NCBI GenBank assembly: GCA_964016885.1
Contig: OZ024740.1
Location: 224,812,001 to 224,876,000 of the forward strand
Direction: 5' to 3'
Origin: Eledone cirrhosa
Lineage: Eukaryota
DNA length: 64,000 nucleotides
Within the stretch, counting starts at the first letter, position 1, and the number at the start of each line of letters is the position of its first letter. This document shows positions 24,796 through 36,955 of this stretch, in pieces. The notes below the pieces were generated by a model, which searched no databases, had not been told where the DNA came from, and was given only the letters and a program-made list of their open reading frames with translations. The translations under genes and the position numbers were made by a program.

Positions 24796-26077
24796 TAACC
24801 TCCCGCCAGAATTTTAGAATATAAAAATCGAATGAAATATGTTGCAAGTTGGCGAGAATGTTGTAACAGGCATGAAAATTACGACAAAAGAATGTTTGCA
24901 AAAATCAATGATAGATATCAAGGTAGCCAACCGCTCTTGGACAGAGAACGACTGGACATCTATCTATCCATCACCCAAAGATACATACAATGTAATAAGA
25001 TAAGAGAAGAGCTCAAAGTTCAAATGTACAAAATATAGTTCACAGGTGTGCAATCACATGACAGCAGGAAAGAAAGTGTGTTCCAGAAAATGAATGCAGG
25101 TGGTTTCTGTTCTGCGGTATATCGTGAAATTTCCAACCTCCGAATGGATTTTCTCACAGGAAGAGTGCTGCAAAAATAAATTCTCTGGCTTGTTCTGCTG
25201 GTTTTGGTTGTTGGTGAAGCTGTGTTGCTGTGGATGTTGTCTCGCGGAGTGAGCGTATTCGGTGTTTAAATTCACAGTAAAAAAAATTTTTTTCAGAAAA
25301 AATGAGTTGCGCAAAGTGCTAGAAATAACAGCCGAAGTTGATGGTCGATGTTGAGAATGCGTTGGCCCGGAAGGGTCAAGAGGCCAGCGACCAAAGAAAT
25401 AAGCATTCTGAATAAATGCGCAGTTTTCAACGGCAAATTTACGTGGTAAATTTTTAAACCGGCAAATAGGAGAATATAGCTTAAGGCTGAAGAATCCTTG
25501 GCGAGAAACGTTATCTCTGGCGTGCGGCTATCTCTGTGAGTCGAGAATTTGTGCTGCCTACACGTGCCAATACAAGGTTAAATTAGGTTGAAAAAATAAT
25601 ATTTCTAACGCGCGAGAAAATGATAGTGCAAGTGTGAAAGTGACAATGATGAAAAAGAAAGGCTTCACTCAGCATAATTATTGGTGTGAACTTTGGTAAA
25701 AAAAAAAAAAAAAAAAAACTTGAACGATGAAGAAAACGATGAAAAAAAAAGGGCAATGGTTCATCGAAAATAAATGTTCCTGTTGAAATGTTTAAAAAAA
25801 AAAAAAAAATATCAAATTTCTTTTTTGTTTTGTTTTGAAACTGTTCGTTGTAAGAAACGAGAAACATATATATATATATCGTGAAATGCGACAGTTAGTT
25901 GATGCGTGAGAGAAAAAGTCTGTCTGTGCGAAAATTTCACATGTGCGTGGTGTGTTCGTTTCTTTGATTGAGTATTTTCATAGTTTGTCCATAAATTTGC
26001 TGTGTATTCGTAATGTTACTCACACAACACCAGATCTGCTATTTTTTTCTTTTTTCGGGGTGACCACTTATAGCGAT

Positions 26078-26113
26078 GAACGGCTGCGTGTTCGTATCAC
26101 GTCAGGGTTACCA
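26078..26113 (-). other. Extended primer-binding site complementary to the tRNA-Trp 3' half including CCA
   Basis: Plus strand ggctgcgtgttcgtatcacgtcagggttacca vs metazoan tRNA-Trp ggctgcgtgttcgaatcacgtcggggtcacca (recalled). Confidence 0.85.
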
Positions 26114-26114
26114 A

Positions 26115-26453
26115 TATAGCGAGGATACTGGGTTGTATGAACGTAACAAGGAGACATGGTTTGTGTGTATAATATTTAATTAACAATCATGGATATATAT
26201 AGAACAGTATAGTTGACATGTCAAAGTAATAGATGATAGAATGAAGCAAAGTTAGTAGTTACCGTTTTGATTGCCAGGCAAACGCGAGACGCCTGGCGAA
26301 GGCCAGGCGCCGGAAGGCAAATGAGAGGGAGAGTGCCGAAGGCTATTCGTTTTATAGGGCTCTGCCGGAAGTTACAGAAAGGGTTCTACTTCCTGTCTAG
26401 ATGTTGTTAATCTATTGGGGTTGTGAGTCACAACAAGGGAGACAACCGCTACA
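26115..26453 (-). repeat. 5' LTR (339 bp)
   Basis: Direct repeat of 24456-24795; immediately followed on the minus strand by the PBS. Confidence 0.93.
26350..26356 (-). promoter_or_regulatory. Putative LTR TATA box (TATAAAA)
   Basis: ccctataaaacg on the minus strand about 100 bp into the LTR; present in both LTRs. Confidence 0.5.
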
Positions 26454-26460
26454 CATTTTA

Positions 26461-27025
26461 AAAATTTATGTTTATGATCAAGTTCTATTATCAAAGGTAG
26501 GAGATCTGTATGAAGGAGGCCCCTACTCAAAGAAAGAGCCGTGTTTGGAGAGGGTGGTGACATGTTTGATGAGAGAAGCCGAGAGCACTCACCCCACCCC
26601 CAATAATCCTGGACAAAATGGCTTTAAAGAGACAGCATTAATCTAAAGGAGTGGCTCACAAAGTTGGCTTTGCAAAAGATTTCTTGGATTCCATGGGATA
26701 AGGTGTTTTTAATAGAATTTAATAAAGAAAATTGACACATGTTTTTTAATATTAGCTTTAAAAGACACCTTATACCATGGAATCCAAGAAATCTTTTCGA
26801 GAACCCAGTTTCTGAGTTACTACTTTAGATTAATGCTGTTTTTTTTAGAACCATTGTATCCAGGGTTAGATTTATTGGGGTGTCATGAGAGTGAATGCTC
26901 TCGGCCCCTTTCATCAAACTGGCTAGATCTCTCTCTAAAGAGATCTTTCTTCAAGCAGGACCCACACCTCAAACAGAACATCTGCTATCTTTTTAAGAAT
27001 GAGTCCTGACCATAAACAATTTTTT
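26461..27025. mobile_element. Foldback/MITE-like palindrome, ~250-bp imperfect arms with a ~45-bp spacer
   Basis: 26674-26712 aaaagatttcttggattccatgggataaggtgtttttaa pairs with 26758-26798; outer tgtttatgatca pairs with tgaccataaaca. Confidence 0.8.
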
Positions 27026-27299
27026 TTGTTTTATTTTATTTATCTTAGAATAAAATTGGTGGGGAAGAGTATGTATAAGATATAGTTATGCCTTGCACAA
27101 TTTCTTTTAAATGTATAAGGGTTTATGATAAAACAAGTTCAGAAACCATTCATTTAGAGTGCCATTCTTCAACATATTCAGGATGGTAGGTTGGCAGAGT
27201 CATTGATGCATCATACAAGATACGATGTGACATTTTTATTAGTGCTTTTAAGTTTACACAATATTGTCATGAATCATGGATAATGATCAACAGAATATG

Positions 27300-27700
27300 A
27301 TTGTGAATACAAGTGGCTGGAATAGGATTCCTCCGAAGAGTATTTGAAGAAACGTTACTCAATAGTGTGTGTAGCTTGAAGATTAGGGAGTTGCTCCAGG
27401 TAGAGCTACTACTTCTTCAAATTAAGAGATAACAGCTCCAATACGATGGGCATGTGGTTAGAATGTCTCAAGGAAGAATCACTGGACAGATTTTATGGGC
27501 AAAACTAACAGGCCAGAAACCCAGAGATAGACCCCAAGCAAGATGTTTGGATAACATCCATGAACTCAGCTGGTAACGCTTGGGGATCTAGCTGGATCAG
27601 TTGGAAACAGCTCTTCTGACAGGACCTGCTGGAAGGAATGTTTGAAGATCCTGCCTCCATGATCCTCTCATGAATAAGTGAGTGAAGTGGAAGAAGAAGC
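27300..27700 (+). mobile_element. RTE LINE 3' fragment (second family)
   Basis: GFLRRVFEETLLNSVCSLKIRELLQVELLLLQIKR...GHVVRM. Confidence 0.75.
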
Positions 27701-30323
27701 ATTGCACTTTAAGTTTAAAACATTTTGATGTTGATTTTGCCTTTTATCCTTCCACAGTTGATAAAATATCTAAACCCACTTTCCAAACATCTGGCTTTAT
27801 ACGTATATTAGAATCTATTTTTCACCATACCGTCACACATTACTCAGAATACGACTCTGGTGTTATAAAGGCACAAATGTGAGTGCAAGCAAAGTATTAA
27901 TTTATGACCTGTGTTAAATTAAATAAATTCCCATTGAACAACATCTAGTGAGAATGTTTGTTTGCTTTTTATCCCTTTGCATCACATTCAATTTAATGGC
28001 ACAAAAATAATAGACAGACAAGGCATCAGATTTATTACTCCTTCATGGTAGAGAAAAGAATTTAGTAAAACCATTATTTCTGAAATATTTACAATTTTTG
28101 TTGTTGTTTTGATTCTGAATGCAGAGTTAAATATTTCAAATGAAGACGGATATGATTGCTGAAAGGGAACACAAGAATACATGTTAACAAATTTATAAAT
28201 TATTACCAATAAAAGCAAAAAGAGATGACATTTTGGTATAATGTGTTTTATCATGCATAATTAATATATGCTCTTTTTGAATATAGCGATAGACCTACAG
28301 ATCAATCAGTGCCCTAAACAATGACTACATTACTGTAAAATTGATTAGTTTTTATTCAATTTGTCAGTAAATAGGATCTCTAACATATTTTCTCCCCACA
28401 TTCTGAACCATTTAAAAGAAAATATCTGAAACAGATTCTTTACTTTACAGTCATCCTTCAGTTAGAATTGGCAGAGTCGTTAGAGTGTCAGATATAATCA
28501 TTTGCAGTATTTGTTCTTGTTCTTTGCTCTCTAAATTCGATTTATACCAAGGTCAACTTTGCCTTTCAACCTTTCAAGGTTGATAAAAAAGTACCAGTCT
28601 AGTACTGGGGTCCATTCTTCACCTTTATCTCCTTCTAACTTTCTCTGTATAACTTTCTATACTTCTCTGGAAGATATCTGCTGTGTTCAAACCTGGAGAT
28701 GGATGGGCTTTGCTTGATGCTCAAGAAATGGTATATACCACTATGGCGCCCCTATGATGCCATCAGGAGTAATGAGACTATGCATACATGCATGCATTAA
28801 GTTAGAAAGTAGAAACAATTAAGTTAGAAAACGTAATCTTTGCCTATTTTTAATTTGTTCTTATGTCTTACATCAATTCAGTAAGCATTCTTAGTTGCCA
28901 AATACCATTATTTATCCATTAAATTTCTGGGTTCCTGAAAACTACCTCAATATCAGGCTCTGAAAAGTAGGTTGCTGCTGTCACTATAGCCACATGTCAG
29001 CCCATATTGATCAGACCTATGACCAAATGCTTTGACCATCTAACTTTTTACATATCTAGGATGACATTGTCTAATGTATACTTGCTTGTTTCAGATGGTT
29101 GGATGATAATTTTAGCCACCATGACCATTCCAACGTTTTGCATGATTATATTGTCAAATGTGCCATTGTATTTTTTAAGACACTAGAGTATCATATGAAG
29201 GGGATTTGACTGAGATTTAAAATATATCAAGTGAGCATGTAGGGATTCCCTTATTCGTTAGTACAACTAGTGTTTGTGCCATGATAAAATGCACCTAATA
29301 CACTCTGTAAAGTGGTAGGTATTAGGAAAAGCTGTAGAAAACATGCCAAATCGGAGTGTATGAATAGGATGTGATCTTCAAACCCAGGTAGGTAAGCATT
29401 AACTCTAGATAAGTGCTGACTCAGACTGTAACAACCCATCCAATTCAAACCAGCTTGGAAAGCAGACATAAAATGATGATGATGACCACATGGCATATTA
29501 TTATCACCTCTGTTACTTCTACCATCTTTAACACTATCATTCATATGATCATGATAATCATGAAGAATTCTGTATACACACACACTAGCATATAGTAGTC
29601 AACATTTGGTCATGGTGGTCATGTTAAGTATGATGGTGATAATAATGAGTGAGGTAACAATAATCATAGTTTTTGTTAATGATTTAAAAAAAAATGTTAA
29701 TGCTTTAATCAGAAGAGGAAAGGTAACCCACCCACACTGACCATATTTTTAGAAGTTTTCCACAAACTGGGGGCCTAGTGTAAGTGTAGAATCTGATAAT
29801 GGCATTCAGGAGGCCAGGTAGAGGTGTTAAACTTAGTGACAGATTAAGTCTATAACTCATTGGTGATGAGTTCAAAACTTGCCTTAGCTGTGTTATTGAT
29901 CAAATCTGTCACACATTAATTGCTGGTGATTAAATAAACAATAAAAGTTCAATAGATGATAATGATGATGATGAAAACAGCTATGCTAGATTATATAATG
30001 ATAGAATTATATCTCTCTTTAAGGCAGCAGATTCGCTGACATCTTAAGACTTGAGATAAAGTACTTTGGGGGCATTTAATTGAGTATCTTTGCACTCAGG
30101 CCAAATCCTTCTGCTTTCTTTTTTTTCTGACAACAATAAAATAAGTACCATTTAAGTACTCGGGTTAGATTTGCCAAACAATGGGACTTAACCCATTTAA
30201 GTACAGGGAGCAGATTTGAAGTTTTGTGTCTATGTTGCTTATGTTATAAATATCTATACTTACCTTGGTAATTGATTGGCATAATTGCTAGAACACTAGA
30301 GAAAATACTTTGTCATATTTACA

Positions 30324-30448
30324 AGGGTCAGCTGAAAATATAATAGGCTGTCTATAACTACATTATCTTTCCAGAGACTATGTGGAAAATTAACCTCATT
30401 TGGTCAATCCATGAGAGTATCTTGGTCAGCCTATGAGCGTTTCGGCCT
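30324..30448. mobile_element. Mariner-type MITE, degenerate
   Basis: agggtcagctgaaaat...aggctg / gtcagcctatgag; same family as 53490 and 57493. Confidence 0.55.
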
Positions 30449-32255
30449 AGGAACATTTCAGTGGACTCTCTTAGTTATGGCTCTTTATGATCGGAGCTCA
30501 AATCTTATCAAGGTCAACTTTGCTCTTCATCCTTCCAGTGTTGATAAAATAAATTGACAGTATCAGTAGAGCATTGGACACCCTGCTTTGCAGCAGAGAG
30601 TTATGGCCTTTTACTTTCTGAGTTCAAATCCAGCTGAAGTTAGCTTTACCTTTCATCCTTAAAGGATCAATAAAATAAAGCACCAGTAATGCACAGGTCG
30701 ATTTAGTCTATGTCCCCTCACCTTCAAATCACTGGCCTTGTGTGTAAGGTAGAAAAAATAATTATTATTATCATCATTTAACACCCAGATCAGGTATGAT
30801 TAAAAATACCTATGGTCAGGAACTATCCTGTTCTTTTAGGGTTACGTAGAACCACATTATCCAATATGTCTGTCCCTTTTCCAAAATAATGTTGGAATGT
30901 TGCTGCTGTTTCTAACAGTATGAGCATCCCCATAGATGTTTCCTTGGTGTCTTTACTAAAACTATTGAACAGCAATGATGTATGAATATGAAAAAAGAAG
31001 TAATACTAATTACACTGTTGGTTTATGTATTGTCTTACTACAAACTAACACTTACCTAAGCATTACATGAGCCAATAAAGGAAAGTATATGGCTATAAGA
31101 TCTGTTAAATATAACTGTTATAATCTATCAAATCATGCCTTCAGGAAGGACACATGTTGTCTTAGATATCATGTATGAAAACAAATGGAATGACCATCGC
31201 TGGTTCAGAACTAAACAGCAGCAACAACAATAACAGCAATAACATTATGAGCCAAGGAGCAATTATGACAGCACTCGACTTGGCAGAAATAGCAGCCATC
31301 TTCACTCACTTTAAAACAGGAAGAACTGGCTGGAAAATGGCTTCCTAGATATTAAAAACAGATTATTTGATAAAGGTTTTCCTGTGCAATTGAATCTAAC
31401 CTAGAGCTAAATACCAATAACAGTAATTACAAGTAAAATAACTTTACTGTTTATTAATGGTCTATGAAGAGTTAAATTTAAATCTTTCATTAATTTATTT
31501 TCAAGAGAACTTTGAAGGGAATGTTTAGAATATATATTCTGTTTAATGTATTAAAATTTTGTATAAAATATAATAGATAAATCTATCTGAACACCAGAAA
31601 TGCTATTACTGTTACTCTTTAGTCCTAATTCAGCTCTGATCAACTAAACTTAGGTTCAGCAGTACTCTAGCTATGATTATTTGTTTTTCCCAGACATAAT
31701 GCATCAAAACTACATTTTCCATTGTCCTTTAGGATCTGATTTGAGAAAAGTTTGGCTGGTATTTCTAGCAAGTTGAGTGGCTTCAGAAAAATGTTTTCAT
31801 TCCCAAAGGCAGAGGTGTGTGAAAGGAAATCAAGTCTTCAAGCTAAAAGAAACTCTATAAAGTAATCTTTGTAATCCATGAAAAGTAAATGTAGATGGAG
31901 AAAAAAGAGATATGTATAATGTAGCATTTGATAGTGATGATTGCAATAATAATTTGATAATGGTGATGATGGTGGTGACTACAATACTAATGCTTCTAAG
32001 AATTGCTAACATTTTTTCCACATTTTTAAAATTCTATTTTCATTTTGATTTATTTATAACTGCAATGCATTTAACAGTTGTCTATTGCTTTCTTTCTTTT
32101 TTTTTTGTCTTGCTTAGAGTCTTTCTTCCCTTTTTTCCTACTCAATTTCTCTTCATTATTTTGAGATGCAACAATTTGAACAGAATTGCTATCAGATTTG
32201 CTGTGACACTCCATCTTTCAATAATATGTTTTCTTTTTCTCCTTTTCTGCAACAG

Positions 32256-32420
32256 TAGAGTTTTCTAAAGAAATGTGTAAAGAAATAGATGCTACCTAAT
32301 CCATACAGGATTGGTTGGAAATTCCGGAAGCTTTATCATGACAGCATTAAAATGGCAACGTCCAATATTGCAAATGCAATCATAGATTTTATCAGTCATT
32401 CATTTTGGAAGAACATCAAA
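32256..32420 (+). other. Candidate host exon with ATG (32289-32420, MLPNPYRIGWKFRKLYHDSIKMATSNIANAIIDFISHSFWKNIK)
   Basis: Long polypyrimidine tract + CAG acceptor at 32255, donor aaa|gtaagg at 32421, non-repetitive sequence; no recognised homology. Confidence 0.25.
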
Positions 32421-33329
32421 GTAAGGCAGAAAGAAAAAAAGATAACAAAATAAAATCCCATAAAACGAACATGTTTAACATTATCACAAAATTTACTCTA
32501 AAATTGATAGCAACCATCATTCTTTGGTTGTATTTCATGTTCAGTTATATATACTCTAAAAGAAATCGTTTCACATAAAAAAGGAAAGAAAAATATGAAA
32601 GATTTTAGAGATTTTCTGTCCTTTTTTTTAATTAATTACAATAAAAAAAGTATAGATGTGAAGACAGTTTGCTGTGAACATCAATTATAGAGTAGACGAA
32701 ATATTTATGTATTATATATATTTTTATCTGAGGTTTTCACGAGAGTTTTTTAATGAAACAGAAAGTCAAAACAGGTTGTTCACCCAGCAATATAGAAATA
32801 TTGTTGCAACAAATATTTACTGGTACCAAATTATTCAGGATTAGAGCTTGTGTTGTGATTATCTAGTCCAAATCTTGTTTAGGATATGAATAATATCTTA
32901 ATATTTTATGCTATAGGAAATAAATGTAGGCATGACTGTGTGGTTAAGAAGTTTGCTGTACATATGATCTTGTTTTCAATCTAACTGGTTAGAATTTTGA
33001 GTTACCCAACACCTGTTAGTGAATTTGATAAATGGAAACTGTAAAGAAACCAATAATGTGTGTGTTGTGTGTGTGTGTATATATACATACGTGCTTGTGT
33101 CTGTTTTATTTGTCTCTTTTATATGCATTTGACTACAGAAGCACAGATATTTGTTTACACTTCATGTAAACAAAGATGTAGAAAGATCTGTACCCCATTT
33201 AAAATTCAAAAAGTTTCATTCAACCTATGCCAGCATGGAAAAGCAGACATAAAACTAATGTAGCTGATGATGATAATTAATGATGATGAATAAAGTACTA
33301 GTAATGTAATTGGGTTGATGCGATTGACA

Positions 33330-34030
33330 GTTTCCTTCACCAAAACTTTGAGATATTGTAGAGTCCTCAACCCCTCCTTCCAGTGGGTCCTGTCAGAAAT
33401 AACCATCTCCAACTGATCTGGCTGGATCCCCAAGCAAGATCAGCCAAGCTCATGTATGTTATCAAACCATCTAGATCAGGGTCTACCCCTGGGTCTCCTG
33501 TCGGTTGGTTTTGCCCCTAAAATCTTTCCTGGGACATTTTAATCACATGTCCTTAGTGTCGAAGCTGTGATCTCTCAATTCGGAGAGGTAGCAGCTCTAC
33601 CTGGAGTGACTCTCTGATATTTGAGCCATGCACTTTATTGAATAACATTACTCCAAAACCCTTTGCAAGAACCCCATTTTGGCCACTTGCATTCGTCATC
33701 ATATTCTTTCAGTCATTACTCAAGATACATGACCATATGTAAGGGTTTGCTTGAATACCAAATTGAAGATGTCGTGTTTAGCATTTCCACCTACCTCTCT
33801 TCTGATTACTGAATGTGGAAGCTGGTACATTACTGCACCAGCTTCTGCAATTCTTGTGCTTAATTCAGCCTCTTGCCTTCCATCACTTGTGAACATGGCT
33901 CTAAGATAATTGAACTTCTCAACCTGCTTCAGTGGAACTCCATTCACATGTAGAGTGCACTCTGTAGGCTTCCTTGAGAGGACAAGTGTCTAAGGTTTTG
34001 CAGCACTAATTTTACACCTGCCAGTCATGA
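33330..34030 (-). mobile_element. RTE LINE 3' fragment
   Basis: NGVPLKQVEKFNYLRAMFTSDGRQEAELSTRIAEAGAVM...QTLTYGH. Confidence 0.85.
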
Positions 34031-34074
34031 TACTACTTTCAACCCGGATGGGCATGTCAATTATGTTCATGAAA

Positions 34075-34258
34075 ATAATTGTTTCTACTTTAGGCACAAG
34101 GCCAGCAATTACCCAGTGCATTACTGGTACTTTATTTTATCGGCCCCGTAAGGATGAAAGGCAAAGTCAACCTCGGCGGGATTTGAACTCAGATCGTAAA
34201 GGGACGTAACTATGCTGGAAAGCATGGCGTCCGACCCTCTACTGATACTGCCAATCCA
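34075..34258 (-). mobile_element. tRNA-derived SINE, well preserved
   Basis: Reverse complement of the 22359 family. Confidence 0.85.
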
Positions 34259-34366
34259 TAATGAACAGAAGAGGGGACAGTACACACCATTGGCGGGGTC
34301 TGATTCCCTCATTGAATGGTTTCATAATTGACAATCTAAATTTAAACCTATTTAATAGACATTGAT

Positions 34367-34686
34367 TGGTTAGAGCATTGGCCTTGCAATCGAAAGGTTG
34401 TGAGTTCAATTCTCAGACCGGGTGATGTCTTGTTTCCTTGAGCAAGACACTTTATTTCACATTGCTCCAGTTTACTCAGCTGTAGAAATGAGATGATAGG
34501 GACTGGGGTCCATATCATTCCACTGCAAAGTGGTCGTGGAGGTGCCATCGCAAAAAAGCACCCAGCACTCACTGTAAATGAGGTTGGTGTTAGGAAGGGC
34601 ATCCAACTGTAGAAATCAAGCCAGAATCAGTTCCTGTCCCACCCTTGCAAGCAGGGAAAAGCAGACGTAAAATGATGATGATGATG
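34367..34686 (+). mobile_element. tRNA-headed SINE with RTE middle and an alternative RTE tail
   Basis: Matches the 11885 copy up to gccagaatcagtt, then carries the tail of the 42.8-kb RTE. Confidence 0.85.
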
Positions 34687-35029
34687 TCCAAACTGCATAT
34701 GGCCAGCATAGACAGGTAGGCTTAAAACTAACATAGTTACTGTGATTTCATCTTGCAGTAGATAAAAAAATGGCTAGGTTAAGAGAGAAGAAATAACACT
34801 GTGTATAACAGATTTATAATTCAGCTACATATCTTTGTTGCCAGAATCTCTATATAGGTTTCAAGCATCCAGAGGAATAATTGATTTTCTGTGTAACGCA
34901 GCTGCAGGGAAAATGTTTTCTCTGATCTTGAAAAACAACTGTGGATACTGTATGTTGCACAGCTATGTGAATGGTGCTGAGATAATGTGTTTGTTATGAT
35001 TGTTTTGTGACACTCAATCTAGGCATTCA

Positions 35030-36150
35030 AGGCAAGGTGGAACAAGTTACAAGTCTAAACAACACATCAGAAGATTTTTCGACTACCAAAGGCTTAAAAG
35101 AAGTATAAGTACTTGCTCCAACCTTGTTCTCCCTATACCTTGCAGCCATTCTTCACAAAATTACACTTCCCAACTCTGATGTAGGGATCCTATTCTGCTT
35201 TGATGGTGAAGTCTACAATCAGTCCAGACTCCAATTACAAAGACATTTTCCTACTTTTCAATGTTCTCTTCTATGTTGATACCTCTTGTGTTTCCTCAAA
35301 GTATTCTGGAACAATCATGATAATATGATGCCACAGGATTCATATAATTGAACTGCAATGTGCTGACAACAATATCTCACCAGTTCATTCACCAAAAAAC
35401 TACAGGAATCAGTTATCAAATTCAAAAATGTATATGATCATTTCTGTCTGACAAATCAACATCCTGAAGACCAAAATACTTGTACATTCTGCTCCATACC
35501 AAACTTTTCCAAACAAAAACATCACCATCTCCAATACACCACTGGAACAAATAAACCAGTTCCAATAACATGAAGCATCCTCTCTACACAATGCAACACT
35601 GAGAAAGGTGCTGTGAACAGGATCCAAGCTGGTCATTGATGCATTTGGGAAACTTTTCCATTGTGTTTTGGAAACAAAATCCTGAAATTACCTTCTAGGC
35701 TGATGGTTTATAGAGCTGTGGTTATTTCCACCTTACTCAATAGTTGTGGAACATGGATATTGTATTGTCTGGATATCCAAAAGCTTGAATGATTTCATCA
35801 TAAAATTTTTTTAATCATTTATGAACATCAAATGGGAGGCCTATGTCAGCAACCTTGCAGTCCTTGAATGAGCAAGTGCCAACAGCATTGAGTCCCTCAT
35901 CATCAAACATCACTTCAGATGAAGAGACATGTCTGTCACATGAGTAGTACCAGAGTGCCACATCAAATATTCTACAAGAAATTCAACACAAGCGTATAAA
36001 AATCCTACTGCCACCCAATACCGCACTTCAATGACCAAATGAAACAAATGATGATGGGTAACAACATTGAACCTAAGTCCCAGAATAGTATGCAGAAGAT
36101 AGAACAGTGTAGCATCATATTATCTGGATTGGTGTAAAATACTTTAAGGA
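35030..36150 (+). mobile_element. Highly degenerate RTE/BovB-like RT fragment
   Basis: KTKILVH, LEQINQF, LMVYRAVVISTLLNSCGTW, atcaaatgggag (IKWE) motifs. Confidence 0.7.
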
Positions 36151-36359
36151 TTCACCAACATCCAATACCTTTTTCAGGGCATTACTGGCGAGATTTAACT
36201 TAGCACATACAGAGCCAGAAAAGTTGCCACTAAGCATCTGTTGCTTTAACAATTCTATCAATCCACTACCACCACCATCTCTCAATTGATACTTCATCAA
36301 ACCTGAAAGAACTAACATTTAATGACATATATATATGACCTTGCACAATTACACCTCCC

Positions 36360-36955
36360 CAAGATGATGACACAGGACCACGACCTCTGGCACTATGCAG
36401 CACTACAGAAGACCCACCCTCCCATATGCTTGAGCTGAGGCATATATCTAATAGGCAACACCTTCCTCTACCAATTCCCCTCCTATACACCTTTCTTTGC
36501 TGTAACCATCCCTCCCCTATTAACTACGTCCTCGATTTCCCCAAACTTTTCCTACCCTCCCTCATTCTCACCCCACACCATAAGCTTCTTCTCTCAAAAA
36601 ACCATGAAGTGACTCCCCTGGAGCTACGACAAAAGTGCCCAGTCATTACTGTATAGTGGTCATGTATGTATGAGGACAAAAGCGCCCAGTCCACACTGTA
36701 AAGTGATTGTGCCAGCAACATGATAAAAATGCTCAGTCCACACTGTAAAGTGGTTGTGTAGGTGACACAACAAAAAGCACATAGCACATACTGTAAATGT
36801 GGTTGGCATTAGGAAAGGTATCTAGCTGTAGAAACCAAGCCAAATTCAGACTCAGATGAGCAAAATGCAGTCCACTTACCTGATTCTTTCCTAAGAGTCA
36901 GCACGTCCTAGCCATGCTAGTGTTGAAAATGGACATTAAATGATGATGATGATGG
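36360..36955 (+). mobile_element. RTE 3' end with aaaagcac repeats and (GAT)n tail
   Basis: MTQDHDLWHYAALQKT ORF end, ggcattaggaaagg motif, ggacattaaatgatgatg. Confidence 0.7.

Larger units (their letters stand above)
24456..26453 (-). mobile_element. Non-autonomous LTR retrotransposon (Gypsy-like), 4-bp TSD CATT, tRNA-Trp PBS
   Basis: Two ~340-bp direct repeats about 97% identical (~10 differences by eye); termini TGTAGCG...CGCTATA; catt at 24452-55 and 26454-57; PPT-like ggcgggaggtta next to the 3' LTR; no recognisable internal ORF. Confidence 0.9.

Noticed and set aside
25480-25520. CTGAAGA...GAAACGTT hammerhead-like boxes inside the LTR element
   Set aside because: Stem I cannot form and stem II is marginal
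26078-26113. tRNA-Trp gene
   Set aside because: Only the 3' half with encoded CCA next to an LTR; it is a PBS, not a gene
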